Source: an uncultured Candidatus Binatia bacterium
GTDB taxonomy: Bacteria > Desulfobacterota > Binatia > DP-6
Length of the DNA stretch: 64,000 nt
Assembly: GCA_964404165.1 (NCBI GenBank)
Contig: CAYOIZ010000007.1
Coordinates: 86,897-150,896, forward strand
Direction: 5' to 3'
Program-made: the position numbers and the translations under genes
In this document: piece by piece, positions 1 through 9,730 of the stretch
Numbering within the stretch: the stretch's first letter is position 1
How the letters are laid out: each line of letters begins with the position of its first letter
The notes under the pieces: model-generated
What the model was told of the DNA's origin: nothing
Seen by the model: the letters and a program-made list of their open reading frames with translations, nothing else
The model's database searches: none

Positions 1-374
1 GATATCTGGTCGCCGGGCGCGCCGGCGGTGGCGCGTACGAGAAACGGCGTCGGCGTCGTCGGGCAGGCGGGGAACAGCGGAATCTGCGCCGCGGGACGAA
101 GGTCCGGGCGGCCGAACTGGCAGGAGTAGTTCAGCAGGTCGAAGACGTAGACCTGCGAACCGGAGCTGCCCTCCCCCGTGAGGTCGACGTTCGAGACGAA
201 CGCCAGATACCAGCCCCACGATCGGGTCGAGGGATGCGTGTGGGACGCGCCGGACGTGACCCGAATCGCCTGCGGCGCCTCCTTGTTGAGCGCGTCGGCG
301 TACTGCGTCGTACCTAGGACCGCGACCAGACAGGCCGCGGACAGAATTCCCCCGTATCTGCGATTCGTCCCCAT
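1..374 (-). CDS. Secreted protein, N-terminal part only; runs off the window start. Paralog of the N-terminus of the giant protein at 599..4630 (partial gene)
   Basis: Minus-strand ATG at 374..372. Translation MGTNRRYGGILSAACLVAVLGTTQYADAL (signal peptide), then ...SGASHTHPSTRSWGWYLAFVSNVDLTGEGSSGSQVYVFDLLNYSCQFG..., which aligns with residues about 30-110 of protein B (ISSGVSHAHPSGRAWGNFFTFASSQDLAATGNTTPQIFVFNLAYYDCAQG). Clean codon usage. Not in the ORF track because it has no stop inside the window. Confidence 0.65.
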   Translation of the reverse strand, partial: MGTNRRYGGILSAACLVAVLGTTQYADALNKEAPQAIRVTSGASHTHPSTRSWGWYLAFVSNVDLTGEGSSGSQVYVFDLLNYSCQFGRPDLRPAAQIPLFPACPTTPTPFLVRATAGAPGDQI

Positions 375-489
375 GGGGTGCACGCACAGCAGAAAATATG
401 CCAGGCGCCGCACCGCAATACGCAGCTCAACCAGCGGGATCTGCTCACGATTTATGAGTCACGGTTGAGCCCACACATGATGCGCAAGC

Positions 490-507
490 GCGAACATGCA
501 TGTTCGC
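490..507. promoter_or_regulatory. Perfect 18-bp palindrome GCGAACATGCATGTTCGC in the promoter region of gene A (candidate operator)
   Basis: Read directly from the sequence. It lies about 115 bp upstream of the minus-strand start at 374, in a 224-bp intergenic region of lower GC (375..598). Confidence 0.35.
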
Positions 508-598
508 CCGATTCGAGCGGACGATGGTCCAGTAGGGCTGCCCTGAAGCACGGGATATCCATCGTGCCTCAGGGCCCCCTTACTGGGGAGCGAAAGCG

Positions 599-913
599 CT
601 AGCGGACGATCGCGCGCAGCAGCGCGATGAGTTCGCTGTCGGTATCTGCAGCGAGTGCCAGGAGCGCGTTGCCACGGGTGGTCTCGATCTTCCCGCGGAG
701 CATTCCCTGCTGCATGAGCCCCATGAATGACTGGATACGGCGATCGGCGCGACGCAGGTTCAGGTACGCCCGATTGCCGGTGCCGATCAGGCCGAGCTGC
801 GCCTTCTTGCGCGCGGCGGTCACGCGCTTCATGAGCGCCGTGTGGCGCTTCTTGCCGCCGAGATCGACGGGCGAAGTGGAGCGCACCAGATCGAGGAGGC
901 TGGTCAGGCGGCA
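599..913 (-). other. Conserved C-terminal basic alpha-helical tail domain (104 aa) of B
   Basis: CRLTSLLDLVRSTSPVDLGGKKRHTALMKRVTAARKKAQLGL... shares the C-[RQ]-[VL] junction and a K/R-rich helix with the tails of E, F and G. Confidence 0.5.
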
Positions 914-3900
914 GACGACGAAGTTCGGGACACGCTCGTAGGAGCAGCCGTCCGTCGCGTTGCAGGCTGCGTCGATCGTGCAGGCATCGCCATCATCGCA
1001 GGTGAGGGGCGTGCCCGCCTCGCAGACGCCCGTCTGCGGGTTGCAGGCCTCGGCGCCGTTGCACACGTTGGTGTCGCCGCAGGCGACCGTGCCGGTTCCG
1101 CCGCAGACGCCGGCGGTGCAGACGTCCCCGGTGGTGCAGGCGTTGCCGTCGTCACAGGCCTCGCCCGCCACGAGCATCTCGTGCAGGCAGCCCTCCGGCG
1201 TGCAGCTGTCGACCGTGCACGGATTGCCGTCGTCGCAGCTCTTGGTGGTGAAGTTGCAGCCCGTCACCGGATCGCAGACGTCGTCGGTGCACGGGTTGTT
1301 GTCGTCGCACACCACCGGCTCGCTGCTGCAGCCCGAGCCCGGGGTGCAGGTGTTGTCGGTGCAGGCGTTGCCGTCGTCACAGGCCAGCGGCGTGCCCGCG
1401 CGGCAGCCGTCCTCCGGGTCGCAGGTCTCGACGCCGGTGCAGTTGTTGCCGTCGTCGCACTGGACGAGGCCACCCGGGTTGCAGGTGCCATTGCTGCACG
1501 TGTCGCCGGTCGTGCAGGCGTTCTCGTCGTCGCACGGCGCCTGGTTGTAGGCCGCCACGCAGCCCACCGCCGGCGCGCACGAGTCGTCCGTGCACGGATC
1601 GTCGTCGTCGCACGACGGCGGCGTGCCGCCGGTGCAGGCGCCCGTGCCGGGGTTGCAGGTCTCGGTGCCGTTGCAGGCGTTGCCGTCGCCGCACACGGTG
1701 GGCGTGGCGACGCAGGCGCCGTTCGCGCAGACGTCGCCCGTGGTGCAGAGGTCGCCGTCGCTGCACGAGTTCGTATTGTTCACGTGCTGACACCCGATCG
1801 ACGGGTTGCAGCTGTCGTTCGTGCAGACGTTGCTGTCGTTGCAGTCGAGCGGCGTGGCGTCACATGCACCGGTCGACGGGTTGCAGGTCTCGGTGCCGTT
1901 GCACGCGTTGCCGTCCCCCTGGTTGCACTGCACCGCCGCCGGCGTGAGCGTGCCCTGGCAGCTGCCGCCGCCGCAGGTGTCGCCGGTGGTGCAGGCGCTG
2001 CCGTCGTCGCAGCTCTCGGTGTTGTTCATGAAGGTGCAGCCCGTCTGCGGGTTGCACATGTCGGTGGTGCAGACGTTGCCGTCGTTACAGGCCAGGTCCT
2101 CGCCCGCAACGCACTGCCCGTTGGCCGGATTGCAGGTCTCGACGCCGTTGCAGGCGTCGCCGTCCGTGCACTGGATCGGCGTGCCGACCTGACATCCGGT
2201 CTGCTGCGAGCAGGTCTCCTCGCCGTTGCAGGGGTTGCCGTCGTTGCAGGCCGTGCCCGCCTGGCAGCCGAGATCGGGGTCGCAGGTCTCGCTGCCATTG
2301 CAGACGTTGCCGTCGTCGCAGGTGAGCGGCGTGCCCGACTGGCAGAGCTTGTTCGCGCCGCAGACCTCGGCGCCGTTGCAGGCGTTGCCGTCGTCACAGT
2401 CCGCGGCCGTGTTGCAGCTGGCGCCGCAGGCGTTGGGCGCGCTCGGCGCCGCCTCGAAGTCGAAGCCGACGACGATGTCGCGCAGCCCGGGGACGTTCGG
2501 CACGTCGAGGATCGGCACCGTGCCGACCAGGTGGCTGCCCGCGAGGTCGCCGGCGCGGAGACGGTTGCAGTCGAACGCGACGCCGGTGTCGGGAATCTCG
2601 AGGTCGAGGCCGAGGACGTTGTCACGGTCGAGGATGCGGCCCGTGGCGGTGCCGGTCGTGAGCCAGAGCAGCGCCGGCATGTTCTGCACGGTCGAGTAGG
2701 TGTCGTTGCCGTTGCAGAAGACGCCGTCCGGACCGGCGTTCACCGAGAAGCTGAACGTCAGCGGCACCGACACGCGCGCGCCACCGGCGGCATAGCTGCC
2801 GGCGAAGCTCGTGTTGATCGGGCCGTTGCACACCGCATCGCTGTCGCCGAGATGCGGGCCCGGGAGCGACCCCTGGCAGGCGAGGTCGTTCTCGCGACAC
2901 CCGAGCGTGCAGCTCGGATCGCTGACGTCCGTGTTGTGGTCCTGCGAGATGGTGACGTCGCCACCAGCGGCGCCGCCATCGCAGTCGAGGGTGCCCTGCC
3001 CGTTTCCGGTGACGGCGAAGCAGATCGCCCCGAAGCCCGCCACAGGCACCGGCGGAAGCACGACGCGATCGGACGGGACCGTGATCGTGGCTTCGCCGTT
3101 GAAGCCGTTGGGGGCCCCGATGTCGAGGCCGACCGACCCGCCCGAGCTGACCGGCGTGGAGATCGTCTCGTCACGCGTCGTGATGCTGGTGTTGCTGACG
3201 GTGTTGGCGATGTCGAAGTTGCGCAGACCGATGACGCTGCTGCCGCTCGGCTCGATCGCATCCGGCGGCACCTGGCCGGGCCCCTGCGCGGGCACCCACG
3301 CCGAGTGCGGGTTGTCGAGGAAATTGTAGTTGATGGCGTAGATCTGGTAGCCGCACACGCCGTCGCCGGTGAGGTCGCTGCTGGTGGAAAGCGTCAGGAA
3401 CCACTGGCCGAGGTTGGCGCTGAGCGGGCCCTGGACGTCGCCGGCACCGGTGATCTGGTAGAGCAGACCGTCGCTGCTGTCGTAGACGAAGACGCGGTTG
3501 CCGGTGGTGTCGTTGTCGAGCGGGTCCCCCGTGCAGATCATCGGCACGCGGACCTCGAACACACCCTGCGCCGTCACCTTCGCGCCCGGGTTGAGCGTCG
3601 GGAAGCTGCAGTCACCGTAGATCGACGGCGGCGTGAGCTCGGTGAGCGTCGCGGAGGCCGTCGCCGGGGTGGTGACGTTCGCGAGCACGACGCGGCGCCC
3701 GGCGGTGCCGGTGCTGCCCGGGAGGTTGGTGGCGGTGCTGTCAAAGGTGACGACCGGCGAGTTCTCGGCGACGAACGCGTTGCGGCTCGGGCCGTTGCCG
3801 TTCGTGAGGCGATACAGCGTGCCGGTGTGGTTCACCTTGTCGTAGTCGACGTAGTAGATCTGCGAAACGCCGGTGTTATGGCCGTTGCCGAGCAGGTCCG

Positions 3901-4630
3901 ACGTCGACTCGAAGGCGATGCGCTTGCCGTCCTGGTTGGTGACCGGACGCGTACTGGCGCCGAGCGCCGCACCACCGGCGGCGACCGACAGGCGGCGGAT
4001 GATGCCGCCGGCGCGCTCGTACACGTAGACCTGCGACGCCCCCGACGGGTTCTGCAGGCCGCCGAGCAGGGTCGCCGTCGATTCGAAGACGATGACGCCG
4101 GCGAGAACGTTGACCGACGGACGGACGCTGTCGCCGTCGGTGCTCGAGGTGATGCGGCGGACCTCGTTGGTCCGCAGGTTCTTCACGAAGATCTGCCGGC
4201 GCGTCGCCCCGGCGCCGACGAGCGGCGACAGCGAGCCACCACCGGTGAACGATCCGAGCGCGTCGAACGCGATCCACTGATCGCTGTTGCCGCTGGCGAT
4301 GTCACCGATGCTCGGGTTGGCCGGCGCACCGGGACCCGAGGTGACCTGACGGATGTACGGAGTCGATGCGGGCGGGCACGGCGTGGTGTTCTCGGTAGTG
4401 CCCTGGGCGCAGTCGTAGTACGCGAGGTTGAATACGAAGATCTGGGGCGTCGTGTTGCCCGTCGCGGCAAGGTCCTGAGACGATGCGAAGGTGAAGAAGT
4501 TGCCCCAGGCCCGACCCGAGGGGTGGGCATGGGACACCCCGCTGCTGATTTGTACGGCACCGGGTGTTTCCCGATGCAGCGCCCAGGCAGGCCCTGCAAG
4601 CAGGAGCACCGCAAGGATCCACACGTTCAT
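599..4630 (-). CDS. Giant secreted protein B: signal peptide, PD40/TolB-like beta-propeller repeats, about 14 tandem 6-Cys repeats, conserved basic C-terminal tail
   Basis: The ORF is 599..4939; I re-set the start to the ATG at 4630 (MNVWILAVLLLAGPAWA, a signal peptide). The N-terminal half has repeated Q[IV][YF]V.[ND]L / GG..YVYER blades (PD40-like). Residues from about 735 onward are CDDGNACT.D.C.P..GC repeats. The last 104 aa form a Lys/Arg-rich helical tail. Confidence 0.85.
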   Translation of the reverse strand: MNVWILAVLLLAGPAWALHRETPGAVQISSGVSHAHPSGRAWGNFFTFASSQDLAATGNTTPQIFVFNLAYYDCAQGTTENTTPCPPASTPYIRQVTSGPGAPANPSIGDIASGNSDQWIAFDALGSFTGGGSLSPLVGAGATRRQIFVKNLRTNEVRRITSSTDGDSVRPSVNVLAGVIVFESTATLLGGLQNPSGASQVYVYERAGGIIRRLSVAAGGAALGASTRPVTNQDGKRIAFESTSDLLGNGHNTGVSQIYYVDYDKVNHTGTLYRLTNGNGPSRNAFVAENSPVVTFDSTATNLPGSTGTAGRRVVLANVTTPATASATLTELTPPSIYGDCSFPTLNPGAKVTAQGVFEVRVPMICTGDPLDNDTTGNRVFVYDSSDGLLYQITGAGDVQGPLSANLGQWFLTLSTSSDLTGDGVCGYQIYAINYNFLDNPHSAWVPAQGPGQVPPDAIEPSGSSVIGLRNFDIANTVSNTSITTRDETISTPVSSGGSVGLDIGAPNGFNGEATITVPSDRVVLPPVPVAGFGAICFAVTGNGQGTLDCDGGAAGGDVTISQDHNTDVSDPSCTLGCRENDLACQGSLPGPHLGDSDAVCNGPINTSFAGSYAAGGARVSVPLTFSFSVNAGPDGVFCNGNDTYSTVQNMPALLWLTTGTATGRILDRDNVLGLDLEIPDTGVAFDCNRLRAGDLAGSHLVGTVPILDVPNVPGLRDIVVGFDFEAAPSAPNACGASCNTAADCDDGNACNGAEVCGANKLCQSGTPLTCDDGNVCNGSETCDPDLGCQAGTACNDGNPCNGEETCSQQTGCQVGTPIQCTDGDACNGVETCNPANGQCVAGEDLACNDGNVCTTDMCNPQTGCTFMNNTESCDDGSACTTGDTCGGGSCQGTLTPAAVQCNQGDGNACNGTETCNPSTGACDATPLDCNDSNVCTNDSCNPSIGCQHVNNTNSCSDGDLCTTGDVCANGACVATPTVCGDGNACNGTETCNPGTGACTGGTPPSCDDDDPCTDDSCAPAVGCVAAYNQAPCDDENACTTGDTCSNGTCNPGGLVQCDDGNNCTGVETCDPEDGCRAGTPLACDDGNACTDNTCTPGSGCSSEPVVCDDNNPCTDDVCDPVTGCNFTTKSCDDGNPCTVDSCTPEGCLHEMLVAGEACDDGNACTTGDVCTAGVCGGTGTVACGDTNVCNGAEACNPQTGVCEAGTPLTCDDGDACTIDAACNATDGCSYERVPNFVVCRLTSLLDLVRSTSPVDLGGKKRHTALMKRVTAARKKAQLGLIGTGNRAYLNLRRADRRIQSFMGLMQQGMLRGKIETTRGNALLALAADTDSELIALLRAIVR
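914..2430 (-). repeat. Tandem array of about 14 class-A 6-Cys repeats (about 36 aa each; Myxococcus cysteine-rich-repeat-like) inside B
   Basis: Periodic ...C.DGN.C(N/T).(T/D).C.(P/A)..GC..G(T/A)P..C(D/N)DGN.C... in the translation. The nucleotide sequence is correspondingly repetitive (tgcaacga / gacggcaa motifs). Confidence 0.7.
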
Positions 4631-5129
4631 CCCAAGAATCACCGCCGCTTTCGAGCTCGCACGCATATGGGGGGCCATCGAGCAGAAAACGTGCCACGAA
4701 TCGACGCATCGTGCCATGGGATAAGGCGTTAAATTCCCGGAAAGATTCCTTCTGCCGTGGGGTTTTCCACAGGTCATGCTCTCCGACGAAGCGTTCAACC
4801 GACCCCTCACTTCCGCGCGATGCATGCACGATCGCAACGAACTGCCGGCGTCGCTACGCAGGTGCGCGAGCACCCGCCATGGCTTCTGCCACACCTGACG
4901 TCCACCGAGCATCGAACGGGTACAGTGGGGCTCAACCATCTTCGGAGAATACTACACGCTCCGACCGCCGGAATCCCCGATTTATCTAGGCTCCGCTCGA
5001 TGCCCGGGCCTCCGTCTCGGCGATGCACGCTGTCGCCCCTCGGCAGCGAGCGCCGCCGCGCAATGCATCGCTGCAGGGTCTGGGAGGTTTGCAGGCGGCG
5101 CGGCGCCTGCGCTAGAGCCCGGCCCCACC

Positions 5130-6344
5130 ATGCCCATGCTGCGCGATGCCGTCCTCGCCGCCTACGTTCGCACCCCGTTCGGTCGGGCCGACCCGCGCCG
5201 TGGCGTCTTCCGTGCGGTCCGCTCGGACGACCTCGCCATGGTCGTGCTGCACGAGGCGGTGCGACGCGCCGGCGTGGCTCCCACCGACGTCGACGGCATC
5301 ATCCTCGGCGCGGTCGAGATGATGGGGGAGCAGGCGCATCCCGGAACCGCGATCCCGTTCATGGCCGGCTTCCCGGAGCATGTCGTCGGGCTCAGCGTGG
5401 AGCGGGCCTGCACCACGGCGATGATGTCGGTGCACATCGCCACCATGCAGATCCAGTGCGGTCTGGGAGACGTCTACCTCGCTGGCGGGCTCGACAGCAT
5501 GACCCACTTTCGCATCCCGACCATCCGCGACGGCATGGACATGGACACGGTCATCAAGGAAGGCGGGCACATGCTCGCGTCCATGAACCCCAACCCCAAG
5601 CTCTTCGACATCATCAACCCGATCGAGCTGAACGGGGGCCAGGGCGCCGAACGCCTTGCGGATCAATACGGCATCACGCGCGAAGCCATGGACCGCTGGG
5701 CGCTCGCCAGCCACCAGCGCGCCCTTGCCGCCCGTGAACGCCTGCGCGAGGAGATCGTCCCGGTGGACGGCCTCGATCTCGAGGGCAACGCGGTCTCCGT
5801 GCTCGACGATCAGGGACCCCGCGCCGACACCACCTACGAGAAGATCGCGAGCCTCGCCCCGGTCTATCGCGACGACGGTCGCATCACCGCCGCCAGCTCC
5901 TCCGGCCAGGCCGACGGCGCCGCCGTCTGCCTCGTCATGGCCGCCGACGAGGCACGCCGCCGCGGCATCACGCCGCTCGCGCGCATCCATACCATCGCCG
6001 CCGGGGCCTGCGCCCCGACCGATCTGATCCGGTCGGCCATTCCCGCCACCCGCCGCGCCTTCGAGCGCAGCGGGCTCGGGCAGGCCGACATGACGGTGAT
6101 CGAGGTGAACGAGGCCTTCGCATCGGCGCCCATAGCGCTCATGCGCGAGTTCGGCATCGACGATGCGGCGCGCGTCAATCCGAACGGCGGCGCCTGCGCG
6201 CTCGGGCATCCCGTCGGCGCATCGGGTGCACGCCTCGTGGGAACGGCGGCGCTGGAGCTGCGGCGCCGCGGCGGACGCTATGCGCTCGCCACGATCTGTG
6301 GCGGCATGGGTCAGGGCGCGGCGACGATCCTCGAAGCGATGTGA
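5130..6344 (+). CDS. Acetyl-CoA C-acyltransferase (thiolase family)
   Basis: ATG at 5130. Thiolase N- and C-terminal signatures (YVRTPFGR..., SVERACTTAMMS, ...CGGMGQGAATILE). Confidence 0.85.
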   Translation: MPMLRDAVLAAYVRTPFGRADPRRGVFRAVRSDDLAMVVLHEAVRRAGVAPTDVDGIILGAVEMMGEQAHPGTAIPFMAGFPEHVVGLSVERACTTAMMSVHIATMQIQCGLGDVYLAGGLDSMTHFRIPTIRDGMDMDTVIKEGGHMLASMNPNPKLFDIINPIELNGGQGAERLADQYGITREAMDRWALASHQRALAARERLREEIVPVDGLDLEGNAVSVLDDQGPRADTTYEKIASLAPVYRDDGRITAASSSGQADGAAVCLVMAADEARRRGITPLARIHTIAAGACAPTDLIRSAIPATRRAFERSGLGQADMTVIEVNEAFASAPIALMREFGIDDAARVNPNGGACALGHPVGASGARLVGTAALELRRRGGRYALATICGGMGQGAATILEAM

Positions 6345-6350
6345 GGCCCC

Positions 6351-9227
6351 TCAGTGCGGCGCGAGACAACGCAACTTGAGGTTGTCCGTGTCCGGCGTCC
6401 CGGCGGCGTCGCGCGTGCGCAGCTGCAGCTTCGTCCACGACTTGCCGGTCGGCACGCTCAGCACCATGCGGCCGCTGCACACCTCGCCCGGCCCGGTGGC
6501 GACGAACGCGCCCACGCCCTGCAGCAGTGCCGCGCGGATCGCCGCGAGCGTGCCGGTGTCGCGTGCGCTCGGACGCCGGACCTCGAGCGACGCCACCTGC
6601 ACCGCGCCGCACCCGAGACGCGCATCGTCCGCGGCGACGCACGCCCACATGCCGAAGCCGCAGCGTCCCGGCGCCGGATCGCGGTCGCATCCCGGGTCCC
6701 CGTCGGTGCAGCTCTGCTTCGTCGACGGCAGGCCCTTGCCGTCGAGCGCCGGCGACGCCAGGTACAGGGCGGTCTCGAGCTGGCAGTCGGTGAGACGCGA
6801 GCCGCCGCCCGGGATGCGCACGGCGGGCACGACCTCGGTGCAGCCGGCAGTGCACGAGCTCTCCGGCGTACCGTTGGCAGCGCCGTCGTCGCACTGCTCG
6901 CCGCAGGTGACGACGCCGTCGCCACACGTCTCGGGACGGCAGGCCGCGTTGCAGCCGTCGCAGGCGGTGGTGTTGCCGTCGTCGCAGCCCTCGCCGATCT
7001 CCGTCGTGCCGTTGCCGCAGACCGCGGTGTTGGGGTCGCAGACGAGATCGACGCGGTTGCGCCGCATGCGGCCGCCGTCGATCTCCCGCGCCGCGATGAG
7101 CAGCGGCGTCGTCCCGGCGAGCCCGGGCGGATGCGGCACGCGCACCCCGACGGGAGCCGTGCACGAATCGCGCTGGGCGACGGGAGCCCCCGCGACCAGG
7201 ACGTTGGTGCCGGCGCGCACCGTCACGCCGGTGGCCGCGAGCGCCGCCACGAGCGCGGAGGCGTTGGCGACGTCGTGCGGTGCGGTCACGAGCAACGGGT
7301 TCGGCGCGTTCAACGACACCGATTCGATCGCCGCCGGCTGGCACGACGGCACGCGAACGTCGGTGGCGCCGAGACAGACGCCGACGTCGAACAGACACTG
7401 GCCGTCGCTCGCACCGTCCTGATCGCACGCCGGATCCCCGTCGATGCATCGCTGCGTGTGCGACGGCATGCCGTCGATCACCTCGCCACCGGGGTTCTGC
7501 ACCGTCCACTCGGCGTAGCACGCGTTGCGGCCGGTGCCGCCTGCGAGGCGCTGCACGCCACCGACGGCGGGGACGACGACGCAGTCCGCGTCGCAGGAGC
7601 TGCCCGGGGCCCCGTTCGCCGCGCCGACGTCACACTCCTCGTCGCACTCGACGCGCGCGTTGCCGCAGGTTTCCTGCCGGCAACTCGCGGCACAGCCGTC
7701 GCAGGCGACGTTGTTGCCGTCGTCGCACTCCTCGCCCGGCTCGGTCGTGCCATTGCCGCAGGCAGCACCGTCGGGCGCACACGGCGGCAACAGGGGATCG
7801 AGCACCGGCACCGCCACGGGGGCGAGCACGCCGCTCAGGATCGGCGGCTGCAGCGCGTCGCGGAAGCGGATGGCGTTCACGCCCCCGACCGACGTCGTCA
7901 TCCGTCCCGCCACCGTGATGCGACCGCCGCCGAGGATCTCGTTGAGGCCGTTGGGCCCGAGCGTGCGCAGCTCGCCCGTGGCCCCGACGGTGATGCGGCA
8001 GCCGCTCACGCTGATCGTGCCGGCGAGACCCGTCGAGGCGCCGTTGGCGCGGATCACGGCACTGGCGACGACGTCCCGCCCCTGCAGCGTCACGAAGCCG
8101 CCGGTGCCGAACTGCGTGGCGCCGTCGGCCGTGATCAGGCCGGCCGCCGTCAGCGTGCCGAGCCCCTGCGCCCAGAGTGTGCCGCCCCCGCACGAGCCGC
8201 CGCCGAGATCGATGCGATCGAGACGGACGTCCCGCCCGGCCTGGACGTCGACCGACCCCCCGCAGCCGTCGATGCCGTTGCCGGTGGCGATGATCGCGGC
8301 CGTCTGCGTGATGTTCGTGCCCGCCTCGAGCGTCACCGATCCGCCCTCGCCGTCGGGGAGCGCGCCCGTGATCGTCATCACGGCGCCGAGGGTGATGGCC
8401 TGCTGCGCGCGGATGTCGATGTCGGCCCCGCTGCCGCCGCCCTCGTCGGGATCGCCGACGCCCGGGCCGTTGATGACGCCGAGCACCGAGACGGATCCGC
8501 CGGCGTCGAGCAGGACGTACCCGCCGTAGCCCGAGATGCCGCCACCGGGCACGTCGAGCTTCTGCCGCGTGACGACGTCGACGGCGGCGTCGAGCTCGAT
8601 CGAGCCGCCGCCGAAGTCGCCGCCGGCCGCGGTGAGCACCTGCGCCGCGTCGATGCTGCCGCCGGCGTGCATCGCAATGACGCCCCCATCGGCTTGCGAG
8701 CCGCCCTTCGCCTCGATGAAGCCGGTGACGGCGATGCTGCCGCCCGCCGTGACGTCCACGAGCCCGCCGCTGCCCTCCTGTCCCGATCCGTTGGTGACGA
8801 TGTCCCCGTCGATGCCGACGTCGCCCGCGGCGACGAGCATGACGGTGCCGGCGGCGAGCGCCGCCGAGACGTCCACGCGCGCCCGCGCACTGCCGGCGAC
8901 CTCGACGGTGATCGCACCGGCGGAGCGGAGGGTCAGGCTCGGTCCGAAGTCGCCACCGGTGCCGAGGACGCGCGCGCCGGGCAGCAGACGCACCGGACCT
9001 GCGTCGATCGTCACGGCCCCCGACAGGACCAGCCGGCCCTGGGCGCCCAGGTGCAGCGCCCGGGTCCCGAGATCGATGGCCGACCCCGGCGTGAGCGTCA
9101 CAACGGTGTTGACGACGCACGGATCGGCGAGCGACGTGCAGAGCTCGTCGGCGACCGTCGCCCGTGCGAGCGGCACGCACCCGAGGAGACATGCGGCGAC
9201 CGACAACCACGACCTGACGACATGCAT
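6351..9227 (-). CDS. Giant secreted protein C: signal peptide, Gly-rich parallel beta-helix, two duplicated class-B Cys-repeat modules; no basic tail
   Basis: MHVVRSWLSVAACLLGCVPLARA signal peptide. The N-terminal 50 aa are about 50% identical to the N-terminus of F. GG.GG.I.I.A...I repeats are typical of a right-handed beta-helix. From residue about 490 there are two copies of CGNGTTE.GE.CDDGN..ACDGC.A.CR.ETCG..., each followed by a TQ(R/S)C.DGDP.CD.D Cys-rich unit. Confidence 0.8.
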   Translation of the reverse strand: MHVVRSWLSVAACLLGCVPLARATVADELCTSLADPCVVNTVVTLTPGSAIDLGTRALHLGAQGRLVLSGAVTIDAGPVRLLPGARVLGTGGDFGPSLTLRSAGAITVEVAGSARARVDVSAALAAGTVMLVAAGDVGIDGDIVTNGSGQEGSGGLVDVTAGGSIAVTGFIEAKGGSQADGGVIAMHAGGSIDAAQVLTAAGGDFGGGSIELDAAVDVVTRQKLDVPGGGISGYGGYVLLDAGGSVSVLGVINGPGVGDPDEGGGSGADIDIRAQQAITLGAVMTITGALPDGEGGSVTLEAGTNITQTAAIIATGNGIDGCGGSVDVQAGRDVRLDRIDLGGGSCGGGTLWAQGLGTLTAAGLITADGATQFGTGGFVTLQGRDVVASAVIRANGASTGLAGTISVSGCRITVGATGELRTLGPNGLNEILGGGRITVAGRMTTSVGGVNAIRFRDALQPPILSGVLAPVAVPVLDPLLPPCAPDGAACGNGTTEPGEECDDGNNVACDGCAASCRQETCGNARVECDEECDVGAANGAPGSSCDADCVVVPAVGGVQRLAGGTGRNACYAEWTVQNPGGEVIDGMPSHTQRCIDGDPACDQDGASDGQCLFDVGVCLGATDVRVPSCQPAAIESVSLNAPNPLLVTAPHDVANASALVAALAATGVTVRAGTNVLVAGAPVAQRDSCTAPVGVRVPHPPGLAGTTPLLIAAREIDGGRMRRNRVDLVCDPNTAVCGNGTTEIGEGCDDGNTTACDGCNAACRPETCGDGVVTCGEQCDDGAANGTPESSCTAGCTEVVPAVRIPGGGSRLTDCQLETALYLASPALDGKGLPSTKQSCTDGDPGCDRDPAPGRCGFGMWACVAADDARLGCGAVQVASLEVRRPSARDTGTLAAIRAALLQGVGAFVATGPGEVCSGRMVLSVPTGKSWTKLQLRTRDAAGTPDTDNLKLRCLAPH
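6460..7760 (-). repeat. Duplicated class-B Cys-rich modules (CGNGxxExGExCDDGN...DGCxxxC) of protein C
   Basis: Two modules of about 200 aa that align with each other in the translation; consistent with the Myxococcus cysteine-rich repeat (TIGR02232-like). The family assignment is from memory, not a search. Confidence 0.55.
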
Positions 9228-9322
9228 CGACGCCCCCCCCTAGCACGCGTCGCCGCAGCAAATCGAGGTTTTTTCCAGACGCCTTGACCACACACGCCCG
9301 CCATTCGTAGGGTCCGCCCGCG

Positions 9323-9730
9323 ATGTCGAGCCGCCCGATCAGCCCGGGACTGTTCCGCGAGGAGGCCGACGGACCGCGCCTGCTGGCGGGTCGCTGTGTC
9401 GCCTGCGCACGCCTGCACTTCCCGGCGTCGTCCATCTGTCCGTACTGCGGCACCGCCGACGCGACGCCGGCCGCCATCGGCGCTCGCGGCACGCTCTGGC
9501 TCTGGACGGTGGTCGCGAATCGCCCACCGGGCTACCGCGGTCCGGTCCCATTCGGCTTCGGCGTGGTCGAGCTCGCCGATGACGGCCTGCGTGTCGTGAC
9601 GCGCCTCACCGAGCCGCGGCTCGCGTCGCTTCGCCAGGGTCTGCCGATGCGCCTGGTGCTCGACACGCTGTTCACCGACGACGACGGCGTCGCCGTCGTT
9701 TCGTACGCCTATCAGCCGGAGGAGGCATGA
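9323..9730 (+). CDS. DUF35/OB-fold Zn-ribbon protein (partner of SCP-x type thiolase)
   Basis: ATG at 9323. Zn-ribbon CxxC...CxxC (CVACARLHFP...CPYCG) followed by an OB-fold. The stop overlaps the start of the next gene (ATGA at 9727..9730). Confidence 0.75.
   Translation: MSSRPISPGLFREEADGPRLLAGRCVACARLHFPASSICPYCGTADATPAAIGARGTLWLWTVVANRPPGYRGPVPFGFGVVELADDGLRVVTRLTEPRLASLRQGLPMRLVLDTLFTDDDGVAVVSYAYQPEEA

Noticed and set aside
914-2430. Possibility that the highly periodic nucleotide repeats are CRISPR arrays or noncoding tandem repeats.
   Set aside because: The periodicity is about 108 nt and sits entirely in-frame inside long ORFs, encoding 6-Cys protein repeats. There are no spacer/repeat alternation, leader or cas genes. 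The same holds for 15181..16839, 18585..19657 and 60285..60975.
842-4732. 1296-aa plus-strand ORF opposite giant protein B. There are similar long antisense ORFs at 6354..9287(+), 7630..9492(-), 13735..16809(-), 16928..19969(-), 59904..61622(+) and 61899..63683(+).
   Set aside because: The composition is Ala/Arg/Gly/Val-rich low complexity with no domains, and they are exact mirror images of strongly supported genes. These are typical spurious open frames in 70% GC DNA.
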